A program made the translations under genes and the position numbers. Source: Acetobacteraceae bacterium (GTDB taxonomy: Bacteria > Pseudomonadota > Alphaproteobacteria > Acetobacterales > Acetobacteraceae). Taken from it: DNA of 48,094 nt. Below the pieces are notes generated by a model. The model was given only the letters and a program-made list of their open reading frames with translations, had not been told where the DNA came from and did no database searches. This document shows, one piece after another, positions 8,072 through 16,071 of the stretch (within the stretch, counting starts at the first letter, position 1; every line of letters starts with the position of its first letter). The DNA lies in contig JBMFXF010000001.1 in NCBI GenBank assembly GCA_049964515.1, forward strand, positions 1-48,094. Direction: 5' to 3'.

Positions 8072-9817
8072 ATGGACTATCAGGTCAATTTCGGACGCCT
8101 CGGCGCGACGGCGAAAACGGCGGCGCCGGGCAAGAAGTTCCGCCTCGCCCTGCTCGGTGATTTCTCCGGCCGCGCCAATGCCGGCAAGCTGGAAACCGGC
8201 GCCGCGCTCGCCGCCCGCAAGCCGATCCGGGTCGATGTCGATAACCTCGACGACGTGCTGGCGCGGATGAAGATCGAGCTGGCGCTGCCGCTGACCGAGG
8301 ACGGGGCGGTGATGGTCCCGATCGGGTCGATGGACGATTTCCACCCCGATCAGCTGGTGGCCAATGTCTCGCTGTTCGAGGAGCTGCGGGGGCTGCGCCG
8401 CAACCTCAACAACCGCGCCGGGTTCGAGAAGGCGGCGAAGCAGGTGATGGCCTGGAGCGGCGCCGAGCATTTGGCGGCACCGAAGCGGCGCGCCCGCGGC
8501 GCCTCGGTGGCGGCGGCGCGGCTGTCCGATTTCGCCCGGCTGATCGGCGCCCCGGCGGCGCCGCGCCCGGAGGAGGCGGAGGCCGACGCGCTGATCGCCC
8601 GGCTGGTGGGCCCGTTCATCAAGCCGGCCAAGGACCCGCGCCAGGACGCGCTGGTGGCGCAGGTGGACGAGGCGTTGTCGGCGGCGATGCGGCGGGTGCT
8701 GCACCACCCCGATTTCCAGACCGCCGAGGCGCTGTGGCGCGGGGTGGAGCTGCTGGTCCGCCGCATCGAGACCGGCGCCACGATGGAGATCATCCTTTAC
8801 GATGTCTCGGCCGAGGAGCTGGCGGCGGATCTGGCCGCCTCCGACCGGCTGGAGGACTCTGGCCTGTTCGGGATGCTGGCCGAGCAGCCGGCGCTGGACG
8901 CGCATCAGGGGCCGATTTCGGCGGTGATCGGGCTCTACGGGTTCGAGCTGGTGCCGCCGCACGCCGACCTGCTGGGCCGGATCGCGCAGATCGCGGCCGG
9001 CGCGGGGGCGCCTTTCATCGCCGCCATCGCGCCGGATGCGCTGGCGACGCCGATGCACGAGCAGAACCCGCTGGTGCAGGATGCGTTCGGCGCGCTGTTC
9101 GACCTGCCGGCCGCGGCCTGGCTGGGGCTGGCCACGCCGCGCTTCCTGCTGCGCCTGCCCTACGGGAAAAAGACCGACCCGATCGACAGTTTCGCGTTCG
9201 AGGAGTTCACCCGCCAGGAGGGGCTCGGCGGGATGCTGTGGGGGCACCCGGCGCTGATCCCGGGGCTGCTGCTGGCCGAGACCAACGCCCAGCAGGGGGC
9301 GAAGATGCGCCTGGGCACGGTGATGGGCGTGGGGGATATTCCTTATTACGTCTATATCGGGCCGGACGGGGAACAGGTGGCGCTGCCCTGCACCGAGCGG
9401 CTTTACACCGAGCGTCAGGCGGTGGCGGTGGCGCAGTACCGGGTGATGCCGCTGCTTTCCATCCGCGGCCGGCCGGAGCTGCGGCTGGGCTCGTTCACCG
9501 CGCTGGGGGGCAAGCCGCTGGCCGGGTTCTGGGCGCCGGCCGGGGTGGCGCCGCCGCCGCCTGCCCCGGCGCGGGCCGCGGCCCCGCCGCCGCGGGCGGA
9601 AGCGCCGGAGGAGCAGGAGGAGGAGGAGACCACGGACGCCGCGGCCGAAACCGAGACCGCCGAGGCGCCGGCCGAGACTGCCGCCGAGGAACCCGCCGCG
9701 GATGCCAGTGCCGACGATCTGGACGCGCTGCTGGCCAGCCTGAACGCCGATGCGCCCCCGGCGGCGGCCGACGAGACGGAGCCGGATCTGGACGCGCTGC
9801 TGGCCTCGTTGAAGTAG
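8072..9817 (+). CDS. T6SS sheath-like fusion protein: TssB(VipA)-like N-terminus plus TssC(VipB)-like core lacking the C-terminal domain, plus Pro/Ala linker and acidic tail
   Basis: ATG 8072 with GGGAGAG upstream. 581 aa. Residues 1 to about 120 (FRLALLGDFSGR, IRVDVDNLDDVLARMKIEL, MDDFHPDQLV, LFEELRGLRRNL) read like TssB. Residues about 175-510 (VLHHPDFQTAEALWRGVELLV.., ILYDVSAEELAADL, APFIAAIAP, PRFLLRLPYGKKTDPIDSFAFEEF, LWGHPA) run parallel to the bona fide TssC at 37018-38445 (ILHHPEFQALEATWRGVRLLL, LFDISKRELARTL, VPFIAAAAP, PRFLARLPYGYRTEPVDAFAFEEE, LWANPA). The tail carries DDLDALLASLN and PDLDALLASLK. Confidence 0.8.
   Translation: MDYQVNFGRLGATAKTAAPGKKFRLALLGDFSGRANAGKLETGAALAARKPIRVDVDNLDDVLARMKIELALPLTEDGAVMVPIGSMDDFHPDQLVANVSLFEELRGLRRNLNNRAGFEKAAKQVMAWSGAEHLAAPKRRARGASVAAARLSDFARLIGAPAAPRPEEAEADALIARLVGPFIKPAKDPRQDALVAQVDEALSAAMRRVLHHPDFQTAEALWRGVELLVRRIETGATMEIILYDVSAEELAADLAASDRLEDSGLFGMLAEQPALDAHQGPISAVIGLYGFELVPPHADLLGRIAQIAAGAGAPFIAAIAPDALATPMHEQNPLVQDAFGALFDLPAAAWLGLATPRFLLRLPYGKKTDPIDSFAFEEFTRQEGLGGMLWGHPALIPGLLLAETNAQQGAKMRLGTVMGVGDIPYYVYIGPDGEQVALPCTERLYTERQAVAVAQYRVMPLLSIRGRPELRLGSFTALGGKPLAGFWAPAGVAPPPPAPARAAAPPPRAEAPEEQEEEETTDAAAETETAEAPAETAAEEPAADASADDLDALLASLNADAPPAAADETEPDLDALLASLK
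9716..9814 (+). repeat. Duplicated 30-nt coding unit (9716-9745 and 9785-9814) encoding DLDALLASL(N/K)
   Basis: gatctggacgcgctgctggccagcctgaac versus gatctggacgcgctgctggcctcgttgaag. The first 21 nt are identical. The second copy ends at the stop codon. Confidence 0.85.
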
Positions 9818-10013
9818 CGGCCGGGGGGCGCTGATTTCCGGTCAAACCGAACCGACCGCCCGCCGGGGCCGGCCGAGGGCGCTCGCCGCAGGGGCTCGCT
9901 TGCAAAGATCGGCGGATGGTGGATAGGCTGCAACCCGGGCAGGCGGGTCGGCCGGCTGTCCGGAGAAGTTCGGCTCAAGCCGGGCACAGACCCGGCTGCC
10001 CGGGAGGAACACC

Positions 10014-11360
10014 ATGAAATCAGGTTTGTTTGCGGACGAACCGCTGTCACCGGCCGCACGACGCACCATCATCGCCGGCTTCGTCGGGTTCGCCGTCGAT
10101 TTCTTCGACATCTACCTGCCGGTGCTGGCGCTGGCGCCGGTGATCGGCTATTTCGAGCCGAAGGGCCTGAGCTCGGCGGCGGGCACGACGATCTACTATT
10201 TCACGTTCGCCGCCACCTTGCTCGGCCGGCCCTGCGGGGCAGTGATCTTTGGCCATTGGGCCGACAAGATCGGCCGCCGCCGCTGTACCATCATCAGCAT
10301 CGCCGGCTTCGGCATCCTGACCGCGCTGCTGGCGCTGCTGCCCGGCTATTCCAGCCTCGGCATCTGGGCGCTGGTCCTGCTGGTCGCGCTGCGCTTCATC
10401 GACGGCGTGTTCATGGGCGGGGAATACACCTCGAACAATACCCTGGCGCTCGAGATGGTGCCGCGGGAACGGCGCGGCTTCGTCGGCGGGTTGATGCAGG
10501 CGGCCTACCCGGTCGGGTTCGCCGCGGTCTCGCTGGTCACCTCGATCATGCTCGGCGTGACCACCAAGGCGCAATACTATCAATGGGGCTGGCGGATTCC
10601 GTTCCTGCTCGGCGGCGCTTTCGCCCTCGCATTCCTGATCTACTACCGCCGGGTGCCGGAATCGCAGATGTGGCAGGAGACCGAGAAAAGTGCCGCCCCG
10701 CTGCGGGAGGTAATGACCGGGCCGCATCAGCGCAGCCTCGGTCAGGTGTTTCTGATGATGTCCGGATTCTGGCTTGCCGCGCAGGCCGCGTCGGTGTTGC
10801 CTGGAATCATGATCCAGCACCTGCACGTGCCCGGCGAGCTGACCTCGAACGGGTTCCTGCTTGCGAGCATTCTGCAGTTCTTCGGCTTTATCGGTTGCGC
10901 CCTGTTCAGTCAGATGATCGGCCGGCGGCCGGCGATCGCATGGTGCGGCATCTTCGTGATGCTGGGCTCGCCGGCGCTCTATTTCCTGACCGTTGCGCAC
11001 GCGCTGGGCGGCGGGACGGTGATCGGCACCACCGCACTGGCCGGCCTGTTCTATGCGCTGGTGCTCGCTCCCTGGGGTATCGCAACCCCGTATATTTGCG
11101 AGCGCTTCCCGACCCAGGTCCGCGCGACCGGCTACGGCATGGGCTATAGCGTCGCGGTGGTGATTCCGGCCTTCGCCGGCTTCTATCTGCTCGGTTTGTC
11201 GAAGCTGATGCCCTATGTCTATACGCCGATGGTGCTGCTGGTCCTGGGCGGGGCGCTGATGATCGTCGGCGCATTGCTCGGGCCGGAAACGCGCCAGGTC
11301 GAGTTGCACCGGCCTGATCTCGGCGCCGCTCCGGCACGAATGCCTGGCCTGGCGCCCTGA
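10014..11360 (+). CDS. MFS transporter (metabolite:H+ symporter-like)
   Basis: 448 aa with GGGAGGA RBS upstream. About 12 hydrophobic segments. MFS-type loop motif GHWADKIGRRR between TM2 and TM3. Confidence 0.85.
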   Translation: MKSGLFADEPLSPAARRTIIAGFVGFAVDFFDIYLPVLALAPVIGYFEPKGLSSAAGTTIYYFTFAATLLGRPCGAVIFGHWADKIGRRRCTIISIAGFGILTALLALLPGYSSLGIWALVLLVALRFIDGVFMGGEYTSNNTLALEMVPRERRGFVGGLMQAAYPVGFAAVSLVTSIMLGVTTKAQYYQWGWRIPFLLGGAFALAFLIYYRRVPESQMWQETEKSAAPLREVMTGPHQRSLGQVFLMMSGFWLAAQAASVLPGIMIQHLHVPGELTSNGFLLASILQFFGFIGCALFSQMIGRRPAIAWCGIFVMLGSPALYFLTVAHALGGGTVIGTTALAGLFYALVLAPWGIATPYICERFPTQVRATGYGMGYSVAVVIPAFAGFYLLGLSKLMPYVYTPMVLLVLGGALMIVGALLGPETRQVELHRPDLGAAPARMPGLAP

Positions 11361-11574
11361 CGGCGGGTGCCGCGGCGCGCAAACGGCTGCAGGCAGGGCC
11401 TGGGCGCAGAGCGGCATCGGAATGCCTCGTGCACCCGTGGTAGCCATGCCGCCGAAACGAAGCGCGTGGCGCCTGTCCCCCCGGATGGTGTCGAGGCTGT
11501 GGGGCAGTGGCCCGCCGGGTGCCTCCGCCCCGGCCGGCTGGGCAGCCCCGACGGCGGCGGCTATAGGGTCGGAC

Positions 11575-12612
11575 ATGAAACCTCCGCACCGTCCCCATGG
11601 CCCCGGACGCGGCCCCAACCCGGGCGGACCGCGTCAGGGGCAAGGCCACCAGGGCCGCCCCTGGACGCCCCGCCCGCAGGAAAGCCGCGCCGAGACCAGG
11701 TCCCCTGCCACGCCCGACGGCGGTCCAGCCCGACGCCCCGATGCGCCCCGCCCGGATGGCGGCTGGCGCCCGCGCCCGTCCGAGCCTGCCAGGGAATATG
11801 GGCGCGAACATGGGCGCGAACATGGGCGGGAGCACGGCAAGCCGCACCCGCGCGAGCAGCATCGCGGCCCGCCGCCGGCGCCGGGCGGCGCGGTCTGGCT
11901 CTATGGCCGCCACGCGGTGGCGGCGGCGCTGGCCAACCCGTCCCGCCGCCTGCGCCGGCTGCTGGCGACCGAGGAGGCCGAGGCCGAACTCCTCACCCGG
12001 CTGCGTCAGCCCTGGTCGCTGGCGCCGGAACGCACCGAACGCGCGCGGCTCGACCAGCTGCTGGGGCGGGAGGCGGTGCACCAGGGGCTGGCGCTGCTGG
12101 CCGACCCGCTGGCCCCGCCGCCGCTGGCGCAGATGCTGGACCGGCCCGGCCCGGTGCTGGTGCTCGACCAGATCAGCGACCCGCGCAATGTCGGCGCCAT
12201 CCTGCGCTCCGCCGCCGCGTTCGGCGCCGCCGGGGTGATCGCGCAGGACCGCAACGCGCCGGAGGAGACCGGCTCGCTCGCCAAGGCGGCCTCCGGCGCG
12301 CTGGAGACGGTGCCGCTGCTGCGCGCGGTCAACATCGCGCGCACCCTGGTGGCGCTGAAAGCCGCCGATCGCTGGGTGGTGGGGCTGGACGCCGCCGGCG
12401 CGGAGACGCTGTCGGCCGCCGCGCTGGCCGGGCGCAAGCTGGTGCTGGTGCTGGGGGCGGAGGGCGAGGGGCTGCGCCGCCTGACCCGCGAGACCTGCGA
12501 CCTAGTGGTGAAGCTGGCGATGCCGGGGGCGATGGAGAGCCTCAACGTCTCCGCCGCCGCCGCGATCGCGCTGTATGAGGTCACGCGCAGTGACGTGAGG
12601 GGGACGCCATGA
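11575..12612 (+). CDS. rlmB: TrmH/SpoU-family RNA 2'-O-methyltransferase (RlmB-like) with a basic Pro/Arg/Gly-rich N-terminal extension
   Basis: C-terminal 240 aa (WLYGRHAVAAALANP.., VLVLDQISDPRNVGAILRSAAAFGA.., LVLGAEGEGLRRLTRETCD.., ESLNVSAAAAIALYE) match the SpoU methylase fold. The start is uncertain: ATG 11575 is chosen, and an in-frame ATG at 11422 is also possible. Confidence 0.8.
   Translation: MKPPHRPHGPGRGPNPGGPRQGQGHQGRPWTPRPQESRAETRSPATPDGGPARRPDAPRPDGGWRPRPSEPAREYGREHGREHGREHGKPHPREQHRGPPPAPGGAVWLYGRHAVAAALANPSRRLRRLLATEEAEAELLTRLRQPWSLAPERTERARLDQLLGREAVHQGLALLADPLAPPPLAQMLDRPGPVLVLDQISDPRNVGAILRSAAAFGAAGVIAQDRNAPEETGSLAKAASGALETVPLLRAVNIARTLVALKAADRWVVGLDAAGAETLSAAALAGRKLVLVLGAEGEGLRRLTRETCDLVVKLAMPGAMESLNVSAAAAIALYEVTRSDVRGTP
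11794..11841 (+). repeat. Degenerate 12-bp tandem repeat x4 (encodes EYGR-EHGR-EHGR-EHGK)
   Basis: gaatatgggcgc gaacatgggcgc gaacatgggcgg gagcacggcaag, inside the N-terminal extension of the rlmB-like gene. Confidence 0.75.
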
Positions 12613-13388
12613 GCTTCGATCCCGCACCCGCCGCCGAGGCCCTGCGCGCCGGCCGCGAAGCCGGCGGCGTGCTGACGGTGCTGCCCCCCGCCATCGCCCC
12701 GCGCGACGAGGCCGAGGGGGCGACGACCCAGGCTGCGCTGGCCCGCGCGATGGGGGCGTTTCCCCCGGCCGGCTTCAAGATCGGCGCCACCGCGCGGCGG
12801 ATGCAGGAGTATCTGGGGCTCGCCGGTCCGGCCGCCGGGTTCATGGCGGCCTCCGGGGTGCATCCGTCCGGGGTGCGGCTGCTGGCGGCGGAGTATCATC
12901 GGCCGGGCGTGGAGTGCGAGCTGGCGGTGCGGCTGGCGCGGGACCTGCCGCCGGGACCGTGCGACCTGGCCCGCGCCACCGCGGCGGTCGGGGCGTTCTT
13001 CGCCGCCATCGAGCTGGTGGAGAACCGCTACCCGGAGCTGAGCGCGTTCGGCACGCCGGCGCTGATCGCCGACCAGGTGTTTCATGCCGCCGCGGTGCTG
13101 GGCGAGCCGGACGGAGGCTGGCGGGAGCGGGACATTCCCGCCCTGCGCGGCACCCTGGCGGTGGATGGGGTGGTGCGCGACCAGGGGGTGGCGGCGGATC
13201 TGCTGGGCCATCCGCTGCACGGGCTGGCCTGGCTGGCGGCCTCGCCGGTGGCCGCCGCGTTCGGCGGGCTGCGGGCCGGGCAGGTGGTGCTGCTGGGCAG
13301 CGTGACGCCGCCGCTGTGGCTGGACGGGCCGGGCGAGGTGACGGTGACGTTTGCGCCGTTGCCGCCGGTGACGTTGCGGCTGGTGTAG
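12609..13388 (+). CDS. Fumarylacetoacetate-hydrolase-fold hydratase (2-keto-4-pentenoate hydratase-like)
   Basis: 259 aa. ATGA start/stop overlap with the upstream gene. GFKIGATARRMQEYLGL..P and the ECELAVRL pattern are typical of MhpD-like hydratases. The assignment is by eye only. Confidence 0.65.
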   Translation: MSFDPAPAAEALRAGREAGGVLTVLPPAIAPRDEAEGATTQAALARAMGAFPPAGFKIGATARRMQEYLGLAGPAAGFMAASGVHPSGVRLLAAEYHRPGVECELAVRLARDLPPGPCDLARATAAVGAFFAAIELVENRYPELSAFGTPALIADQVFHAAAVLGEPDGGWRERDIPALRGTLAVDGVVRDQGVAADLLGHPLHGLAWLAASPVAAAFGGLRAGQVVLLGSVTPPLWLDGPGEVTVTFAPLPPVTLRLV

Positions 13389-13434
13389 AGCGGGCCGCCG
13401 CAGCGGGCGGGGTCAACCGAGGGAAGGCCGGGAC

Positions 13435-13992
13435 ATGGCGCAGATGCGGACCTCGCTCACCGACCCGATCCGGATCGCGGCGCTCTCCACCGGGCCGGGC
13501 TGGGGGCGCATCGGCATCAGCTTCTGCCCCGGCAAACAAGATGCTCACGCCATGAGCGGCCCGTGGGATCGCGATCTCGGGCTCGATCTCGATGCGATCC
13601 GCGACTGGGGCGCCGCGGCGGTGGTGACGCTGGTGGAGCCGGAGGAGTTGCGCCTGCTGCGGGTGGAGCGGCTGGGCGAGGAGGTGATCCGCCGCAACAT
13701 GGCCTGGTTCCATCTTCCGATCGTGGATGTCTCGATCCCCGACGCGGCGTTCGAGCGGCGCTGGGAGACCGCGGGGGCGACGCTACGTGCCCTGTTGCGC
13801 GGCGGGGAGAATGTGTTGGTGCATTGCCGCGGCGGGCTGGGCCGGGCGGGCACCATCGCGGCGCGGCTGCTGGTCGAACTCGGCGCCGCGCCGGCGGCGG
13901 CGATCCGGCAGGTGCGTGCGGTGCGGCCCGGCGCCATCGAGACGGCGGAGCAGGAGCGTTACGTGCTGGGCTGCCGCCGGCGGGACGAGTGA
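13435..13992 (+). CDS. Cys-based protein phosphatase (dual-specificity/PTP-like)
   Basis: 185 aa. Contains the catalytic P-loop signature HCxxGxxR (VHCRGGLGRAGT). Confidence 0.75.
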   Translation: MAQMRTSLTDPIRIAALSTGPGWGRIGISFCPGKQDAHAMSGPWDRDLGLDLDAIRDWGAAAVVTLVEPEELRLLRVERLGEEVIRRNMAWFHLPIVDVSIPDAAFERRWETAGATLRALLRGGENVLVHCRGGLGRAGTIAARLLVELGAAPAAAIRQVRAVRPGAIETAEQERYVLGCRRRDE

Positions 13993-14008
13993 GCACCGCG
14001 GCGCCATC

Positions 14009-15028
14009 ATGGATTGGTTCGAGGCGCTGACGGGGTTTCCTGAGACCGATTACACGGCGACCCGTGCGCGCCTCGCCGTCGAGGACGGCCGGCTGATTTC
14101 GCGGGTCAACGGCGCGCGCTACGCGACCGGGACGCTGGAACTGGTTTCCCTGCGCGCGCTGCGCGAGCGGGCAGAGGCCGCGGGCGGTCCGACCGGCCGG
14201 CTGCGGACGCGTGTGGTGACCGGCGACGTGCGGCGGATGCACCGGTCCGCCGAAAACGCGGGGGCGCTGTTCCAGGTGGCCTCGCAATTCAACCTGCTGG
14301 AAATGGTGTCCCCCGACGTGACGCCGGAGGACGGCGTGACCCGGTACCAGAACGACCACACGCAGGGGCCGGCCTGCGCCATCGCCGCCGGCGCGGCAAC
14401 CATCTATCGCAACTATTTCGTCCCTGTCGCGGGAGGCGAGGGGCAGACCGCGCGCCGGCAACTCGATGGGCTGGCGGATCTCGGCGCTGCGCTGAGCGCG
14501 GCGACGGGACATCCGGTGGATGCGCTTTGGACCATGCGCAACGGCTATGCGCTGGCGAAGCGGGACGGGCTCGCGGCGATCGGGCGCCATCTGCCGACGT
14601 TGTCGGCGGAGGGGATCGATCGGCTGCGCGGCTTGCTGCGGATCGGGCTGCACCAGGATGTCGAGGCGACCGAAGCGCCGGGGCCGGATCGCCCGCTGGT
14701 GTCGCAGGCGTTCTGTTCCGCCCTGCCGGTCGCTTACACGCGGCTGGCACCGGCGCAGTGGGAGAAGTTCGCACGGCTGGTGCTGGAAGCGGCCTACGAG
14801 GCGACCTTGTGGGCCGGCGTGCTGAACGCGCGGCGCGGTCGGTCGAAAATCGTGTTCCTGACCCTGCTCGGCGGCGGTGCGTTCGGCAACCCGGGCGCCT
14901 GGATCGATGCGGCGATTCGGCGGGCCCTGGCGCTGGCGGCGGGGTACGATCTCGATGTCCGGCTGGTGAGCTATGGCCCGCCGTCCCGCGACCTGCTGGC
15001 GCTCGCCGGGGCGTTCGGCGGCGGCTGA
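14009..15028 (+). CDS. Conserved hypothetical protein (339 aa), possibly a macrodomain-like fold
   Basis: ATG 14009 is in frame in ORF 13727..15028. Protein-like composition. Motifs FQVASQFNLLE, TQGPACAI and C-terminal LLGGGAFGNP (the last resembles a macrodomain phosphate-binding loop). Function not established. Confidence 0.65.
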   Translation: MDWFEALTGFPETDYTATRARLAVEDGRLISRVNGARYATGTLELVSLRALRERAEAAGGPTGRLRTRVVTGDVRRMHRSAENAGALFQVASQFNLLEMVSPDVTPEDGVTRYQNDHTQGPACAIAAGAATIYRNYFVPVAGGEGQTARRQLDGLADLGAALSAATGHPVDALWTMRNGYALAKRDGLAAIGRHLPTLSAEGIDRLRGLLRIGLHQDVEATEAPGPDRPLVSQAFCSALPVAYTRLAPAQWEKFARLVLEAAYEATLWAGVLNARRGRSKIVFLTLLGGGAFGNPGAWIDAAIRRALALAAGYDLDVRLVSYGPPSRDLLALAGAFGGG

Positions 15029-15116
15029 GCCGGGGGCACGCTTTGCCCCCGGGGGGATTGCGTGCATGGCGGGCCGGGGCCGATGCTGGCGCCCGGACGC
15101 ACCGGAGGGAGCACGC

Positions 15117-16025
15117 ATGGCCATCGTGTTGCAGGAATCCCTGCGCGCCGCCTTCTACGCGCCGTTCTACGCGGCCCTTGCGCGCGACGCCTATCGCGCC
15201 GCCGGGGTGGAGGTCCGCTTCGCCTCCGCCCCCAGCCCGGCCGAGGCCGCGACCAGCCTGCTCGCCGGCGCCGCCGATGTGTGCTGGGGCGGGCCAATGC
15301 GGGTGATGGCGACCTATGCCACCGTCCCGGGCTGCGATCCGGTCTGCTTCGCCGAAGTGGTGACGCGCGATCCGTTCCTGCTGCTCGGGCGGGCGCCCCG
15401 CCCGGACTCCCCGCTCGCCGCGCTGCGCCACGCCCGGCTCGGCAGCGTCGCCGAGGTGCCCACGCCCTGGCTCTGCCTGCAGGAAGACCTGCGCCGGGCC
15501 GGCATCGACCCGGCGTCGGTGACGCGGGTCGCGGACCGGTCGATGGCCGAGAACTGCGCCGCGCTGCGGGCCGGCGCGCTCGATGTGGTGCAGCTGTTCG
15601 AACCCTATGCCACCGAACTGCTCGCCGAGGGCGCCGCGCATCTGTGGTACGCCGCCGCCGATCGCGGGCCGACGTCGTACACCACGCTCTATGCCAGCCG
15701 CGCGGTGCTGGCGGCGCGGCGGGAGGAGCTGCGCGGGATGGTGCGCGCGGTCGCCGCCACCCAGCGCTGGATCGCCGGCGCGAGCGGGGCGGAGATCGCG
15801 GCCACCGTCGCCGGCTATTTCCCCGCCGTGCCGGCGCCGGTCCTGGCCGCGGCGTATGAGCGCTACAAGGCGCTGGGCATCTGGGGGCGGGACCCGGTGC
15901 TGCCGCGGGCGGGGTATGAGCGGCTGCGCGATGGGCTGATCTCCGGCGGGCTGATCCCGGCCGGGGTGGCGTTTGAGCAGGCGGTGGACAACAGCCTGGC
16001 GCTGGAGGTGCTGCGGGAAGGCTGA
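15117..16025 (+). CDS. NMT1/THI5-like (SsuA-type) substrate-binding-fold protein without an obvious signal peptide
   Basis: ATG 15117 is preceded by GGAGGGA. 302 aa. Overall resemblance to nitrate/sulfonate/bicarbonate-type binding proteins (..CWGGPMRVM.., VVQLFEPY..). Assignment by eye. Confidence 0.6.
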   Translation: MAIVLQESLRAAFYAPFYAALARDAYRAAGVEVRFASAPSPAEAATSLLAGAADVCWGGPMRVMATYATVPGCDPVCFAEVVTRDPFLLLGRAPRPDSPLAALRHARLGSVAEVPTPWLCLQEDLRRAGIDPASVTRVADRSMAENCAALRAGALDVVQLFEPYATELLAEGAAHLWYAAADRGPTSYTTLYASRAVLAARREELRGMVRAVAATQRWIAGASGAEIAATVAGYFPAVPAPVLAAAYERYKALGIWGRDPVLPRAGYERLRDGLISGGLIPAGVAFEQAVDNSLALEVLREG

Positions 16026-16031
16026 GAGGGT

Positions 16032-16066
16032 CCGGGGCGGGGACGGACGCGCCGTCCCCGCCCCGG
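16032..16066. terminator. Perfect 15-bp GC hairpin between convergent genes
   Basis: ccggggcggggacgg-acgcg-ccgtccccgccccgg. It lies between stop 16025 (+) and stop 16072 (-). Confidence 0.6.
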
Positions 16067-16071
16067 TGCGG

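Noticed and set aside
9818-10013. 196-bp intergenic region after the sheath-like gene, examined for a terminator, sRNA or small ORF. The ORF-track entry 9842..10111 (-) was included.
   Set aside because: There is no convincing hairpin/U-tract or conserved-looking structure. The 89-aa minus-strand ORF overlaps the MFS gene start and is compositionally non-coding.
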